Assembly (NCBI GenBank): GCA_963704725.1 | Contig: OY969934.1 | Span: 980,711 to 1,044,710, forward strand | DNA length: 64,000 nt | DNA from: an uncultured Actinomycetes bacterium | GTDB lineage: Bacteria > Actinomycetota > UBA4738 > HRBIN12 | Direction: 5' to 3' | Part shown: positions 49,418-58,923 of the stretch, piece after piece | Position numbering within the stretch: position 1 is the stretch's first letter | How the letters are laid out: each line of letters opens with the position of its first letter | Notes under the pieces: generated by a model | What the model saw: only the letters and a program-made list of their open reading frames with translations | Told to the model about the DNA's origin: nothing | The model's database searches: none | Program-made: the position numbers and the translations under genes

Positions 49418-50019
49418 CTGCTCGGATCGGGGACTGTCAGGCCGCCTCCGAGTTCCGCGTATCGGAAGCAGGATGCTATGTGCCCATTGACTAAGCCGCA
49501 CGCCTGCAGGAACGCGTAGCAGATCGTGGGGCCGACGAAGCGGAAGCCGCGACGCTTGAGGTCCTTGCTCATCGCTTTGGCCTCGGGGCTCTCCGAGGGG
49601 ATCTCGGCGCCGGCCTTCCACGCGCCCACGATCGGACGGCCCCCGACGAACGACCACAGATACGCGTCAAGCGATCCGAGCTCCTTCCGCACGCCGAGCA
49701 CCGCGCGGGCGTTGGCGACGGCGGCATCGACCTTCAGGCGGTTCCGCACGATGCCGGGGTCGAGGAGGAGACGGTCGACCTTGGCCGGGGTGAACCGCGC
49801 CACCTTCGCCGCGTCGAACCCGGCGAACGCCTTCCGGTAGCCCTCGCGCTTGTTGAGGATCGTCCACCAGGACAGGCCGGCCTGCGCGCCCTCCAGCACG
49901 AGCATCTCGAACAGGTGCGTATCGTCGTGGGACGGCACGCCCCACTCCTCGTCGTGGTACGCAACGTAGCGGGGCTCGCTCTGACGAGCCCACGCGCAGC
50001 GAACGACGGCCTTGGACAC
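49414..50019 (-). CDS. tag: DNA-3-methyladenine glycosylase I
   Basis: YHDEEWGVP..., with the Tag Cys/His zinc-binding pattern. Confidence 0.8.
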   Translation of the reverse strand: MSKAVVRCAWARQSEPRYVAYHDEEWGVPSHDDTHLFEMLVLEGAQAGLSWWTILNKREGYRKAFAGFDAAKVARFTPAKVDRLLLDPGIVRNRLKVDAAVANARAVLGVRKELGSLDAYLWSFVGGRPIVGAWKAGAEIPSESPEAKAMSKDLKRRGFRFVGPTICYAFLQACGLVNGHIASCFRYAELGGGLTVPDPSS

Positions 50020-50071
50020 GGCGCGATGCTACCGGCCGGTGCCGACACTCCGAAGAGCCGCCGAGCGGGAC

Positions 50072-51559
50072 TCAGCGGGCGCCGGGGAAGCCGAGGTCGA
50101 CGCGGCTGGTGGCCGGGTCGGGCCAGCGGCTCGTGACGGCCTTCTCGCGGGTCCAGAAGTGCATCCCCTCCGGGCCGTACATCTTGCTGTCCCCGAACAG
50201 CGACTCCTTCCACCCGCCGAACGAGTAGAAGGCGAGCGGCACGGGGATCGGCACGTTGACGCCCACCATCCCGACCTCCGCGTCGAACACGAACTGCCGG
50301 GCCGCCCCGCCGTCGCGCGTGAAGATCGCCGCCCCGTTGCCCCACCGGCTCCGCCGGATCAGGTCGACGCCCTCCTCGTACGTGGCCACCCGGACGACCG
50401 TGCCCACGGGTCCGAAGATCTCGTCCCGGTAGCAGTCCATCTCGGTCGACACGTGGTCGATCACCGAGGGGCCGACGAAGAACCCGGCGCCCCACAGCGG
50501 GTGGTCGCGGCCGTCGACGAGGACCTCGGCGCCCTGCTCGCGGGCGCCGTCGAGGTACGAGACGACCTTGTCGCGGTGCTCTCGCGTCACCAGCGGGCCC
50601 ATCTCGCTCTCCGGGTCCATGCCGTCGCCGACCCGGAGCTTCGCCGTGCGCTCGAGGATCGCTTCCATGAGTGGCTCGGCGGCGTCGCCGACCGGGACCA
50701 CGGTGGCGATCGCCATGCACCGCTCGCCGGCCGAGCCGTTCACCGCGGACACCGCGGCGTCGGCGGCCATCCCGATGTCCGCATCGGGCAGCACGATCAT
50801 GTGGTTCTTCGCTCCGGCCAGAGCCTGCACCCGCTTGCCGTTGGCCGAGGCGGTGGCGTAGACGTGGCGCGCGATGGGCGTAGACCCGACGAAGCTCACC
50901 GCCTTGATGTCGGGGTGCTCCAGGATCCGGTCGACGATCACCTTGTCGCCCTGGACGACCTGGAACACGCCGTCGGGAAGCCCGGCGTCGCGGAAGGCCT
51001 CGGCCAGCAGGAGCGAGGCCCCCGGGTCCTTCTCCGACGGCTTGAGGATGAAGCAGTTCCCCGCGGCCATGGCGGCGGCGCACATCCACATCGGGACCAT
51101 GGCCGGGAAGTTGAAGGGTGTGATGCCGGCCACGACGCCGAGCGGCTGGCGCACCGAGTACAGGTCGATGCCCGTCGTGACCTGCTCGCTGAAGCTCCCC
51201 TTGAGCAGATGGGGGAGCCCCGCGGCGAACTCCGTGAGCTCGACGCCGCGCTCGACCTCGGAGGCGGCGTCGAACAGGCACTTGCCGTGCTGCGAGGTGA
51301 CGACCTTGGCGATCTCGGTCTTGCGGGCGTCGAGGACCTCGCGGATCCGGAAGAACAGAGCGGCGCGCTTGGAGAGCGAGAGGGATCGCCACTCGCCGAA
51401 GGCGTCCTTCGCGATGTCCGCGGCGCGGTCGAACTCCTGCACGGTCGCGAAGTCGACCTCGTGCGTCTGCTGCCCCGTCGCGGGGTTGAAGACCGGCCCA
51501 GAGCGCCCGGACTCCCCGACGACGACCTTCCCGCCGATCCAGTGGCTGATCCGTTCCAT
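50072..51559 (-). CDS. mmsA: CoA-acylating methylmalonate-semialdehyde dehydrogenase
   Basis: ALDH superfamily with catalytic Cys in GERCMA and an MmsA-like N-terminus HWIGGK. Confidence 0.8.
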   Translation of the reverse strand: MERISHWIGGKVVVGESGRSGPVFNPATGQQTHEVDFATVQEFDRAADIAKDAFGEWRSLSLSKRAALFFRIREVLDARKTEIAKVVTSQHGKCLFDAASEVERGVELTEFAAGLPHLLKGSFSEQVTTGIDLYSVRQPLGVVAGITPFNFPAMVPMWMCAAAMAAGNCFILKPSEKDPGASLLLAEAFRDAGLPDGVFQVVQGDKVIVDRILEHPDIKAVSFVGSTPIARHVYATASANGKRVQALAGAKNHMIVLPDADIGMAADAAVSAVNGSAGERCMAIATVVPVGDAAEPLMEAILERTAKLRVGDGMDPESEMGPLVTREHRDKVVSYLDGAREQGAEVLVDGRDHPLWGAGFFVGPSVIDHVSTEMDCYRDEIFGPVGTVVRVATYEEGVDLIRRSRWGNGAAIFTRDGGAARQFVFDAEVGMVGVNVPIPVPLAFYSFGGWKESLFGDSKMYGPEGMHFWTREKAVTSRWPDPATSRVDLGFPGAR

Positions 51560-51733
51560 CGAAGATCCCTCCCACGACGTCGGAACCGGGCCGGCCGGCG
51601 GCCGGGTTCGGTTGGGAAGGAGCCTACCGGGGGGCCGCCGGGGCCGCCGATGGTCAAGGTCCCGCCATGATCGGGACCTGCTCGGCGAGGCCCTCGGGAG
51701 GGTGCGGTTCGGGCTCTGCTAGCTTGGGGTCCC

Positions 51734-52243
51734 GTGAGCGGATCCCTGTTGGAGGACGCGTTCGCCCACCACACGTGGGCGTCCCTGCGGCTGCTCGATG
51801 CCTGCCTCGAGCTCACGCCGGAGCAGCTCGAGACCGCGGTGCCGGGAACCTACGGCTCGATCCTGGACACGGCGCGCCACGTCGTCGGTTCCGACGCCTG
51901 GTACCTGTTCCGCATCACCGGCGACCGAGCGCACGTCATCGACGAGGACCACATGAGCCTCGCCGAGCTCCGCGCCGCCATGCAGGGCCACGGCGCGCTG
52001 TGGTCGGGGGTCCTGGCGCAGGATCGCGATGCGGACGCCGTCCTGGTGGGGGACAACGACGACGGATCCGTCACCCACGCGGCCACAGGGATCCGCATCG
52101 CCCAGGTCCTGCACCACGGGACCGATCATCGGAGCCAGATCTGCACCGCCCTCACCACACTCGGCATCGAACCACCGCTCATCGACGTCTGGGCCTTCGG
52201 CGAGCAGAACGGTCGCGTCGTGGAGATCGCACCCCCCTCCTGA
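51734..52243 (+). CDS. DinB-family / damage-inducible-like protein
   Basis: HTWASLRLLDA..., ARHVVGSDAWYL.. and a His triad pattern. Confidence 0.5.
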   Translation: MSGSLLEDAFAHHTWASLRLLDACLELTPEQLETAVPGTYGSILDTARHVVGSDAWYLFRITGDRAHVIDEDHMSLAELRAAMQGHGALWSGVLAQDRDADAVLVGDNDDGSVTHAATGIRIAQVLHHGTDHRSQICTALTTLGIEPPLIDVWAFGEQNGRVVEIAPPS

Positions 52244-52295
52244 CCAGGCCCCGGCGGGCCCCGATACACTGCCCGCGGCACGAGGAGGGATCCCC

Positions 52296-53612
52296 ATGAG
52301 CGAGCTCACCGCCGACGAGATCGTCGACCTCTGTCTCAAGCACACGCTGTACGACTGGCAGCAGCAGGGCACGACCCGCCCCATCCCCGTGGCCTCGGCG
52401 CGGGGCGCCGAGTTCTTCACGGTGGACGGCAAGCGCTACCTGGACTTCAACAGCCAGCTCATGGGGGTGAACATCGGGCACGCCGACCCCCGCGTGGCCG
52501 AGGCCATCGCCGAGCAGGCCCGGGTGCTGCCGTACATCACGCCGTTCGCGGCCACCGCGGTGCGCGCCGAGCTCGGTCGCAAGCTCGCCGAGCTCCTTCC
52601 CGGGGACATGGACAAGGTCTTCTTCACGCTCGGCGGCGCCGAGGCGAACGAGAACGCCATCCGGATCGCGAAGGCCGTCACCGGTCGGCACAAGATCCTG
52701 GCCCGGTACCGCAGCTATCACGGCGCCACCTACGCCACGGTCACGCTGACCGGTGACCCTCGCCGGTGGGGCAACGAGCCCGGCATGCCGGGCGTGGTGC
52801 ACGTCCTCGACCCGTACCACGGGGTCCAGCGGGGGACCGACGACGCGCAGACGGCGCTGGCGTACCTCGAGGAGACGATCATGCTCGAGGGCCCGAGCAC
52901 GATCGCCGCCTTCATCCTCGAGCCGGTGACGGGGACGAACGGCATCCTGATCCCGCCGGACGGCTACCTCCAGGGCGTCCGCGAGCTCTGCGACCGCCAC
53001 GGCATCCTGTTGATCGCCGACGAGGTCATGACGGGGTTCGGGCGCACCGGTGAGTGGTTCGCGGTGAACCACTGGGGGGTCGTGCCCGACATCATCACGA
53101 TGGCCAAGGGCCTGACCTCGAGCGCCGTGCCGCTCGGCGCCGTCGGGCTCCGGCCGAGCGTCCACCGCTACTTCGACGAGCACGTCTACTGGGGCGGCCT
53201 CACCTACAACTCGCACCCCCTCGGCCTGGCCGCGGCGCTGGCCACGATCCGGGTGTACGAGGAGGACGGCCTGATCGAGCGCTCGCGGAAGCTGGGAGAC
53301 GTGATGGCCCGGCACCACCACGACCTCATGGACCGCCATCGGAGCGTCGGAGCCGTGCGCAACCTCGGGTTGTTCGGGATCCTCGAGCTGGTGCGGAGCC
53401 GCGAGACGATGGAGCCGATGGCCCCGTTCAACGGCACCAGTGACGAGATGAAGGCGATCGGGAAGTTCCTCGACGAGCGGGGCCTGTTCACGATGATGCG
53501 GTTCAACGGCATCATGACGAACCCGCCGCTCTGCATCACCGAGGAGCAGCTTGCCGAGGGGTTCGGCATCATCGACGAGGCCCTCGCGCTCGCCGACGCC
53601 GCCGTCGCCTGA
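52296..53612 (+). CDS. class-III aminotransferase (omega-amino acid/beta-alanine--pyruvate type)
   Basis: ATG with GAGGAGGG RBS. ILLIADEVMTGFGRTG and a Lys in MAKGLTS. Adjacent to mmsA. Confidence 0.85.
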   Translation: MSELTADEIVDLCLKHTLYDWQQQGTTRPIPVASARGAEFFTVDGKRYLDFNSQLMGVNIGHADPRVAEAIAEQARVLPYITPFAATAVRAELGRKLAELLPGDMDKVFFTLGGAEANENAIRIAKAVTGRHKILARYRSYHGATYATVTLTGDPRRWGNEPGMPGVVHVLDPYHGVQRGTDDAQTALAYLEETIMLEGPSTIAAFILEPVTGTNGILIPPDGYLQGVRELCDRHGILLIADEVMTGFGRTGEWFAVNHWGVVPDIITMAKGLTSSAVPLGAVGLRPSVHRYFDEHVYWGGLTYNSHPLGLAAALATIRVYEEDGLIERSRKLGDVMARHHHDLMDRHRSVGAVRNLGLFGILELVRSRETMEPMAPFNGTSDEMKAIGKFLDERGLFTMMRFNGIMTNPPLCITEEQLAEGFGIIDEALALADAAVA

Positions 53613-53695
53613 CCGGACCCGCCGCGGGCTGAGGCCGGGCAGGGGGCATCCCGTGGCGTGGCGGAATAGACCTCGCTCTTGATTCGGTTGTCGCT

Positions 53696-54331
53696 ATGGA
53701 ATCGAGAGTCCTTCCGGGGCCCAACCGAGGGCCCGCCCGAGAGGAGGTCGAGGTGGCACAGACGGAGACGTCGCGGTCGATCGAGGGGGTGGCGCTGCCG
53801 CCCGCGGGGACCTGGGTGTTCGATCCCGCGCACACGACGATCGAGTTCGTGGCCCGGCACATGCTGACGAAGGTGCGGGGCCGCTTCAACGCGTACGACG
53901 GGACGATCGTGATCGCGGATCGGCCGGAGGAGTCCACGGCCTTCGTCGAGATCGACGCCGCGAGCCTCGAGACGAAGACGGACATGCGCGACGACCATCT
54001 GCGCAGCGCCGACTTCCTGGACGTCGAGCGGTTCCCGAAGCTCACCTTCCGCAGCACGGAGCTCCGGCCCACGGGGGGCAGCACCTTCCGGCTCGTGGGG
54101 GACCTGACGATCAAGGACATCACGCACCCGGTCGTCCTCGACGCCGAGTTCCTCGGCTGGGGGCCGGGGCCGATGGCCGAGTCTCCGACGAAGGCCTTCT
54201 TCTCGGCCCGCACCGAGATCGACCGCGAGGCGTGGGACATGACGTGGAACATGGCCGTCGAGACCGGCGGCCTCCTCGTCGGCAAGCGCGTGCAGATCGA
54301 GATCGAGACGGAGCTCAACCGCCAGGCCTGA
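53696..54331 (+). CDS. yceI: YceI-family protein
   Basis: GTWVFDPAHTTIEFVARHMLTKVRGRF... matches the YceI consensus. Confidence 0.7.
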   Translation: MESRVLPGPNRGPAREEVEVAQTETSRSIEGVALPPAGTWVFDPAHTTIEFVARHMLTKVRGRFNAYDGTIVIADRPEESTAFVEIDAASLETKTDMRDDHLRSADFLDVERFPKLTFRSTELRPTGGSTFRLVGDLTIKDITHPVVLDAEFLGWGPGPMAESPTKAFFSARTEIDREAWDMTWNMAVETGGLLVGKRVQIEIETELNRQA

Positions 54332-54358
54332 TCCCCCCAGGGCGGCCCGCGTCCCGCC

Positions 54359-54964
54359 TCAGTCGCTGGGGCGCGGGCCGCTCGCCCCCGGCTCGTACCA
54401 CTCGAGCTCGAAGAGGCGGTCGTAGGCGACGACCACGTCCCCGGCCACCCACAGGTCGCTCGTCCAGCCGGAGGAGAGCGCGGTGTACCGCCATCGGACG
54501 GCCGCGAACGTGCCGACCGGCGTCTCGACCTCCTCCTCGCCGAGGAGCTCATAGCGCTGGCGCTCGTCCCGCGGAACGCACGTCACCGGTTCGAGGAAGA
54601 CGACGTCGATTTCGGTGGTCTCGGTCAGGCGCCGCACGGTCACGGTGTTGTAGGCCGGCGACAGGTAGTCGAGATGCCGCTCCGGCCCCCACGCCCACGA
54701 CATCGGCTCGCCGTCGAGCGCGCCGCGGAGCCGGTCGCCCTCGACCTCGAGCAGGAGGTCGTGCGTCTGGGTGTCGATCCGGGTCCGCACCGGACGCCAG
54801 TCCTCGCCCACGACGAGATCCACGACCTCGTCGTGAGGCACCGGGTCGCTCGTGGCGATCTCCGAGAAGTAGCGCCAGCCCACCGGGCCGGGTGCGCACC
54901 GGAAGTGCTCGGTCCCTACGGCGGTCCCGTCGCCGTCCATCACGCGGTAGCGCCCCTCCGGCAT
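54359..54964 (-). CDS. hypothetical protein
   Basis: 201 aa, non-low-complexity, Trp-rich. Confidence 0.35.
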   Translation of the reverse strand: MPEGRYRVMDGDGTAVGTEHFRCAPGPVGWRYFSEIATSDPVPHDEVVDLVVGEDWRPVRTRIDTQTHDLLLEVEGDRLRGALDGEPMSWAWGPERHLDYLSPAYNTVTVRRLTETTEIDVVFLEPVTCVPRDERQRYELLGEEEVETPVGTFAAVRWRYTALSSGWTSDLWVAGDVVVAYDRLFELEWYEPGASGPRPSD

Positions 54965-55029
54965 CGCTCGATGCTAGCCGCTGGGTGGGGGTCGTCGGCC
55001 GGGAGCCCGGCCGACGTACCATCGGCGCC

Positions 55030-55842
55030 GTGAAGGTCGCGCTGTGTCAGGCCAACTGCCGTGAGGACGTCGACGGCAACGAGCGGCAGGTCTTCGGCCT
55101 CCTCGAGGAGGCGGCCGCGGCCGGGGCCGACCTCGCGGCGCTGCCCGAGGTGTGGCCGTGCCAGGGATCGGCCCCCGAGATGCGCGCCGCGGCGGAGCCG
55201 CTCGACGGTCCGCGGGTGGCCAGGCTCGCCGAGACGGCCCGCCGCCACCGCATGTGGGTGCACGGCGGCAGCGTCCTGGAGCTCGCCGGCGACCACGTCT
55301 TCAACACGAGCGTGCTGTTCGATCGCGAGGGCGAGCTCGCGGCCACGTACCGCAAGATCCACCTGTTCGACGCCGATCCCCCCGGCGCCGTCCCCAGCCG
55401 GGAGTCCTTCCTGTTCTCGGCGGGGGACCAGGTCGTCACCGCGCCCACGGAGTTCGGGCGCGCGGGTCTGTCCATCTGCTACGACCTGCGGTTCCCCGAG
55501 CTCTACCGCCAGCTCGCGGTGCAGGGCGCGACGATCCTGTTCGTCCCGGCGTCGTTCCGGCTGGAGACGGGCCGGGACCACTGGGACGTCCTGGTGCGAG
55601 CCCGGGCCATCGAGGATCAGGCCTTCGTGATCGCCGCGGCCCAGTGGGGGACCTGGGGCCCACCCGGCCGAGAGCGGCGCACCTTCGGCAACAGCCTGGT
55701 GGCCGATCCGTGGGGCCGCGTGCTCGTCCGGGCTCCCGACGGCGTCGGCGTCACGCTCGCCGAGCTGGACCTGGCCGAGGTGGGCCGGGTGCGCGAGGTC
55801 CTGCCGGCCCTCGGCCACCGCCGCCTGGGCCCCGTCTGCTAG
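55030..55842 (+). CDS. carbon-nitrogen hydrolase (nitrilase superfamily)
   Basis: GTG start. E-K-C triad context (VKVALCQ..., RKIHLFD, LSICYD). Confidence 0.75.
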   Translation: MKVALCQANCREDVDGNERQVFGLLEEAAAAGADLAALPEVWPCQGSAPEMRAAAEPLDGPRVARLAETARRHRMWVHGGSVLELAGDHVFNTSVLFDREGELAATYRKIHLFDADPPGAVPSRESFLFSAGDQVVTAPTEFGRAGLSICYDLRFPELYRQLAVQGATILFVPASFRLETGRDHWDVLVRARAIEDQAFVIAAAQWGTWGPPGRERRTFGNSLVADPWGRVLVRAPDGVGVTLAELDLAEVGRVREVLPALGHRRLGPVC

Positions 55843-56085
55843 CCAGCCCGGGCGTAGTCCCGGCGGGTCATCCGCCTCGGGTATTTCGGGGCGTTCGATT
55901 CAGGTTCGGGGGTCCCCCTGCCGATATCAAGTCCGCAGGTTGGTCCCGAAACGGCAAACCGCCGGGAACGGCGGGGCGCAAAGCTACGGGCCCTAACGCT
56001 CTTGGAGCGCGGGCGGCCGAGCTGCCGAAGGACGGGCCTCCACCCGGAGCCCGGCCTGCCGGGACCCTGAATACGGGAGTCAGGG

Positions 56086-56553
56086 ATGGCGCGAGTGAGC
56101 TGGCGGAGCGGGTCGCGGATCGCGGCGGTGCTCCTGCTGAGCGTCTCCCTCCTGCTGACGGGGTTCGCGACCGACCACGCCCGAGCCGGCCAGGCCGCGC
56201 ATGACCGTTCGGTGATGCTCCAGCTCACGAACGAGGCGCGTGCGATGAAGCATCGCGACGCTCTCGAGCTGGATCGGCAGCTCTCGAAGTACGCCCTCAG
56301 GCACTCGCGTGCCATGGCGGCGAACCAGGAGCTGTTCCACTCGACGGACCTCGCGGGTGTGCTGGGGGGCCGCGACTGGTCGATCGGGGGCGAGAACGTG
56401 GGCTACGCCTCGTCCCTCGACGACCTGCAGGCCTCCTTCATGGGGTCGAGGCTCCACCGCCGGAACATCCTGCGGTCGGAGTTCGACCACACGGCGATCG
56501 GGGTCGTCGCGTCAGACGGGAAACTCTGGGTGACCGTCATCTTCTACGGCTAG
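56086..56553 (+). CDS. secreted CAP/SCP (PR-1-like) domain protein
   Basis: Signal peptide plus HTNEARA..., HSRAMAANQELFHS and GENVGY motifs. Confidence 0.65.
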   Translation: MARVSWRSGSRIAAVLLLSVSLLLTGFATDHARAGQAAHDRSVMLQLTNEARAMKHRDALELDRQLSKYALRHSRAMAANQELFHSTDLAGVLGGRDWSIGGENVGYASSLDDLQASFMGSRLHRRNILRSEFDHTAIGVVASDGKLWVTVIFYG

Positions 56554-56626
56554 CCCCTCCCGACCTAGCTGTAGATCAGGAGCGCCCCGGTCGAAGGACC
56601 GGGGCGCTTCGCCGTCCGGGGAGGGC

Positions 56627-57193
56627 TCAGGCCCGCTCGAGGTCCTCGGGCGCGTCGACGTCGACCGGCGCGTCGCCGCCCACGTCCACGCTCTCGACGA
56701 GCTCGGCCCGCCGTTCGATCAGCTCCCGGGCACCGACGTCACCCTCCAGGCGGGCCATGTCCCCCCACAGCTCCCGGGCGATCAGGGCGGGGCCGGGTCC
56801 CGATCGGAACGCGAGGCGAACGATCGGGGACCGTCGCGCGGCGAACGCCTCGAGGAGGGCCCGGACGTGCTGTGCCCGGATGCCGGGCTGGTCGGCCAAG
56901 AGCACGACCGCCGCCTCGCTCCCGGGATCCGCGTGCGCGAGGCCGGCGGCGAGCGACGAGGCCATCCCCGAGGCGTACCCGTGGTTCACGACCCACCGCG
57001 CCCCACCGAGGCGGAGTCCCTCGCGGACGCGCACCGCGTCGTGTCCCAGCACGACCACGACCTCGTCGACTCCGGCCTCGGTCGCTGCATCGATGGCGTG
57101 CTGCGCGAGCGGCTTGCCTCGCAAGGGGGCGAGCTGCTTGGTCCCCCCGAACCGGGTTCCCTCACCCGCCGCCAGGACGATCGCGCTGATCAC
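56627..57193 (-). CDS. MobA/MocA-like molybdenum cofactor nucleotidyltransferase
   Basis: VISAIVLAAGEGTRFGGTKQLAPLRGKPL... GTG overlaps the coxG stop (GTGA). Confidence 0.6.
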   Translation of the reverse strand: MISAIVLAAGEGTRFGGTKQLAPLRGKPLAQHAIDAATEAGVDEVVVVLGHDAVRVREGLRLGGARWVVNHGYASGMASSLAAGLAHADPGSEAAVVLLADQPGIRAQHVRALLEAFAARRSPIVRLAFRSGPGPALIARELWGDMARLEGDVGARELIERRAELVESVDVGGDAPVDVDAPEDLERA

Positions 57194-57810
57194 GTGCGGC
57201 GCCCGAACAGCCGGCGGAACAGGCGGACGATGACCGACCACGTCGCCGAGATCCCCAGCCGGATCCCGGAGATCGGCTTGGCCCGCACCGGGGCCGCGCC
57301 TCGTGCCGGCGCCCCCGGTGTCCCCTCGGCTCCGGCCGGTCCCGCCGGCGCCGGGGACTCCTCGCCCGCCACCATGCTGGCGTGCAGGCACTCGGCGAAC
57401 TGGGCGGTCAGCTTCCGGCTGACCTCGGGGAGCAGGCCGCGTGAGAGCTGGGCCACCGCGCCGGTGAGCTGGATGTCCGCGATCATCTTCACGTTCGTCT
57501 CGCCGTCGCCCGGCTCGAGCCAACTGGTGACGAGCGCGTTCGCCGCGCCCTTGCCCTTCTGCTCCATGCCCTTGGCGTGCAGGACGACCCGATGCTCGTC
57601 GTCGTGGCGCTCCTCCATCGTGACGGTCCCGGCGAACGCCAGGGAGACCGGCCCGAGCCTCATGTTCACCCTGCCCTTCCAGGTGCGCTCGTCCACGGTC
57701 TCGGTGAGCTCGGCGCCCGGCATGCACGGCGCCACGCGCTCGACGTCCAGGAGGTACGCCCACAGGTGGTCGAGCGGCGCCGGCACGGTGAACTCGTTCT
57801 CGATCTTCAC
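57190..57810 (-). CDS. coxG: CoxG-like SRPBCC protein (CO dehydrogenase subunit G family)
   Basis: VKIENEFTVPAPLDHLWAYLLDVERVAPCMPGAEL... matches the CoxG consensus. Confidence 0.65.
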   Translation of the reverse strand: MKIENEFTVPAPLDHLWAYLLDVERVAPCMPGAELTETVDERTWKGRVNMRLGPVSLAFAGTVTMEERHDDEHRVVLHAKGMEQKGKGAANALVTSWLEPGDGETNVKMIADIQLTGAVAQLSRGLLPEVSRKLTAQFAECLHASMVAGEESPAPAGPAGAEGTPGAPARGAAPVRAKPISGIRLGISATWSVIVRLFRRLFGRRT

Positions 57811-57878
57811 GCCACGTGCCCCCTCGGTGCGGTCGGCACCGCGGAGCCTATCGTGTCCCGCCCCGCCGGCGGCCCAGG

Positions 57879-58910
57879 TCAGACGCCCGCCGTGTGCCCG
57901 GCCGCCTCCCTCGACACCCGCTTGCGGAAGACCCAGTAGGTCCACGCCTGGTAGCCGAGCACGAGGGGGGTGAAGACCGCGGCCACGATGGTCATGACCT
58001 TCAGGGTGTAGTGCGTCGAGGACGCGTTCCAGATCGTGAGGTCGTTGGCCGGTCCGAGCGTCGACGGCATCACGCGCGGATACAGGTTGAGGAAGATCGT
58101 GGCGGTCAGGGCGACGATCGCCACCCCCGTGGCGACGAACGCCCACCCGTCGAGCCTGTCCCGCAGGAGCCACTCGACGGCGGCCACCGCGACGAGCGCG
58201 GTCACCGGGACCACCCCGGGGACGATGCCGTCGTTGTTCCGCGCGTTCACGAAGGTCCAGGTCAGGAACGCGAACACGGCCGCCGTCGACGGAACGGCCA
58301 GCCACCTCGCGGCCCGGCGGGCCCGGTCGCGCAGGTCGCCGTCGGTCTTGAGCGCGAGGAAGACCCCACCGTGGAGCGTGAACAGCAGGAGCGAGGTCAC
58401 GCCGCCCACCAGCGCGTAGGGGTTCAGGAGATCGAAGAAGGACCCCGCCCACTCGTGGTCCGGTCCGATCGCCACTCCTCGCAGCACGTTCGCGAACGCC
58501 ACACCCCACAGGAGCGCGGGAAGCGCGCTCCCCCAGAAGATCGCGTGGTCCCACCATGCCTTCCACTCGGGTCGCCGGCCCTTGCCCCGGAACTCGAAGG
58601 CCACGCCTCGGAAGATCAGCGCCGCCAGGATCAGGAACAGGGCGAGGTAGAAGCCGCTGAAGAGCGTGGCGTACCACTCGGGGAAGGCGGCGAACGTGGC
58701 GCCGCCGGCGACGAGCAGCCACACCTCGTTGCCGTCCCACAACGGGCCGATCGCGTTCACCATCAGCCGCCGGTCGAGGTCGTCGCGCCCGAGGAACGGC
58801 AGGAGCACGCCGACGCCGAAGTCGAACCCCTCGAGGAAGAAGTAGCCCGTCCACAGGACGGCGATCAGCGCGAACCACAGGGTCGGGAGGTTGAGATATC
58901 CCTCGTTCAC
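57879..58910 (-). CDS. cydB: cytochrome bd ubiquinol oxidase subunit II
   Basis: 343 aa, about 8 TM, CydB sense. Confidence 0.85.
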   Translation of the reverse strand: MNEGYLNLPTLWFALIAVLWTGYFFLEGFDFGVGVLLPFLGRDDLDRRLMVNAIGPLWDGNEVWLLVAGGATFAAFPEWYATLFSGFYLALFLILAALIFRGVAFEFRGKGRRPEWKAWWDHAIFWGSALPALLWGVAFANVLRGVAIGPDHEWAGSFFDLLNPYALVGGVTSLLLFTLHGGVFLALKTDGDLRDRARRAARWLAVPSTAAVFAFLTWTFVNARNNDGIVPGVVPVTALVAVAAVEWLLRDRLDGWAFVATGVAIVALTATIFLNLYPRVMPSTLGPANDLTIWNASSTHYTLKVMTIVAAVFTPLVLGYQAWTYWVFRKRVSREAAGHTAGV

Positions 58911-58923
58911 CGTCGTCCCCCCA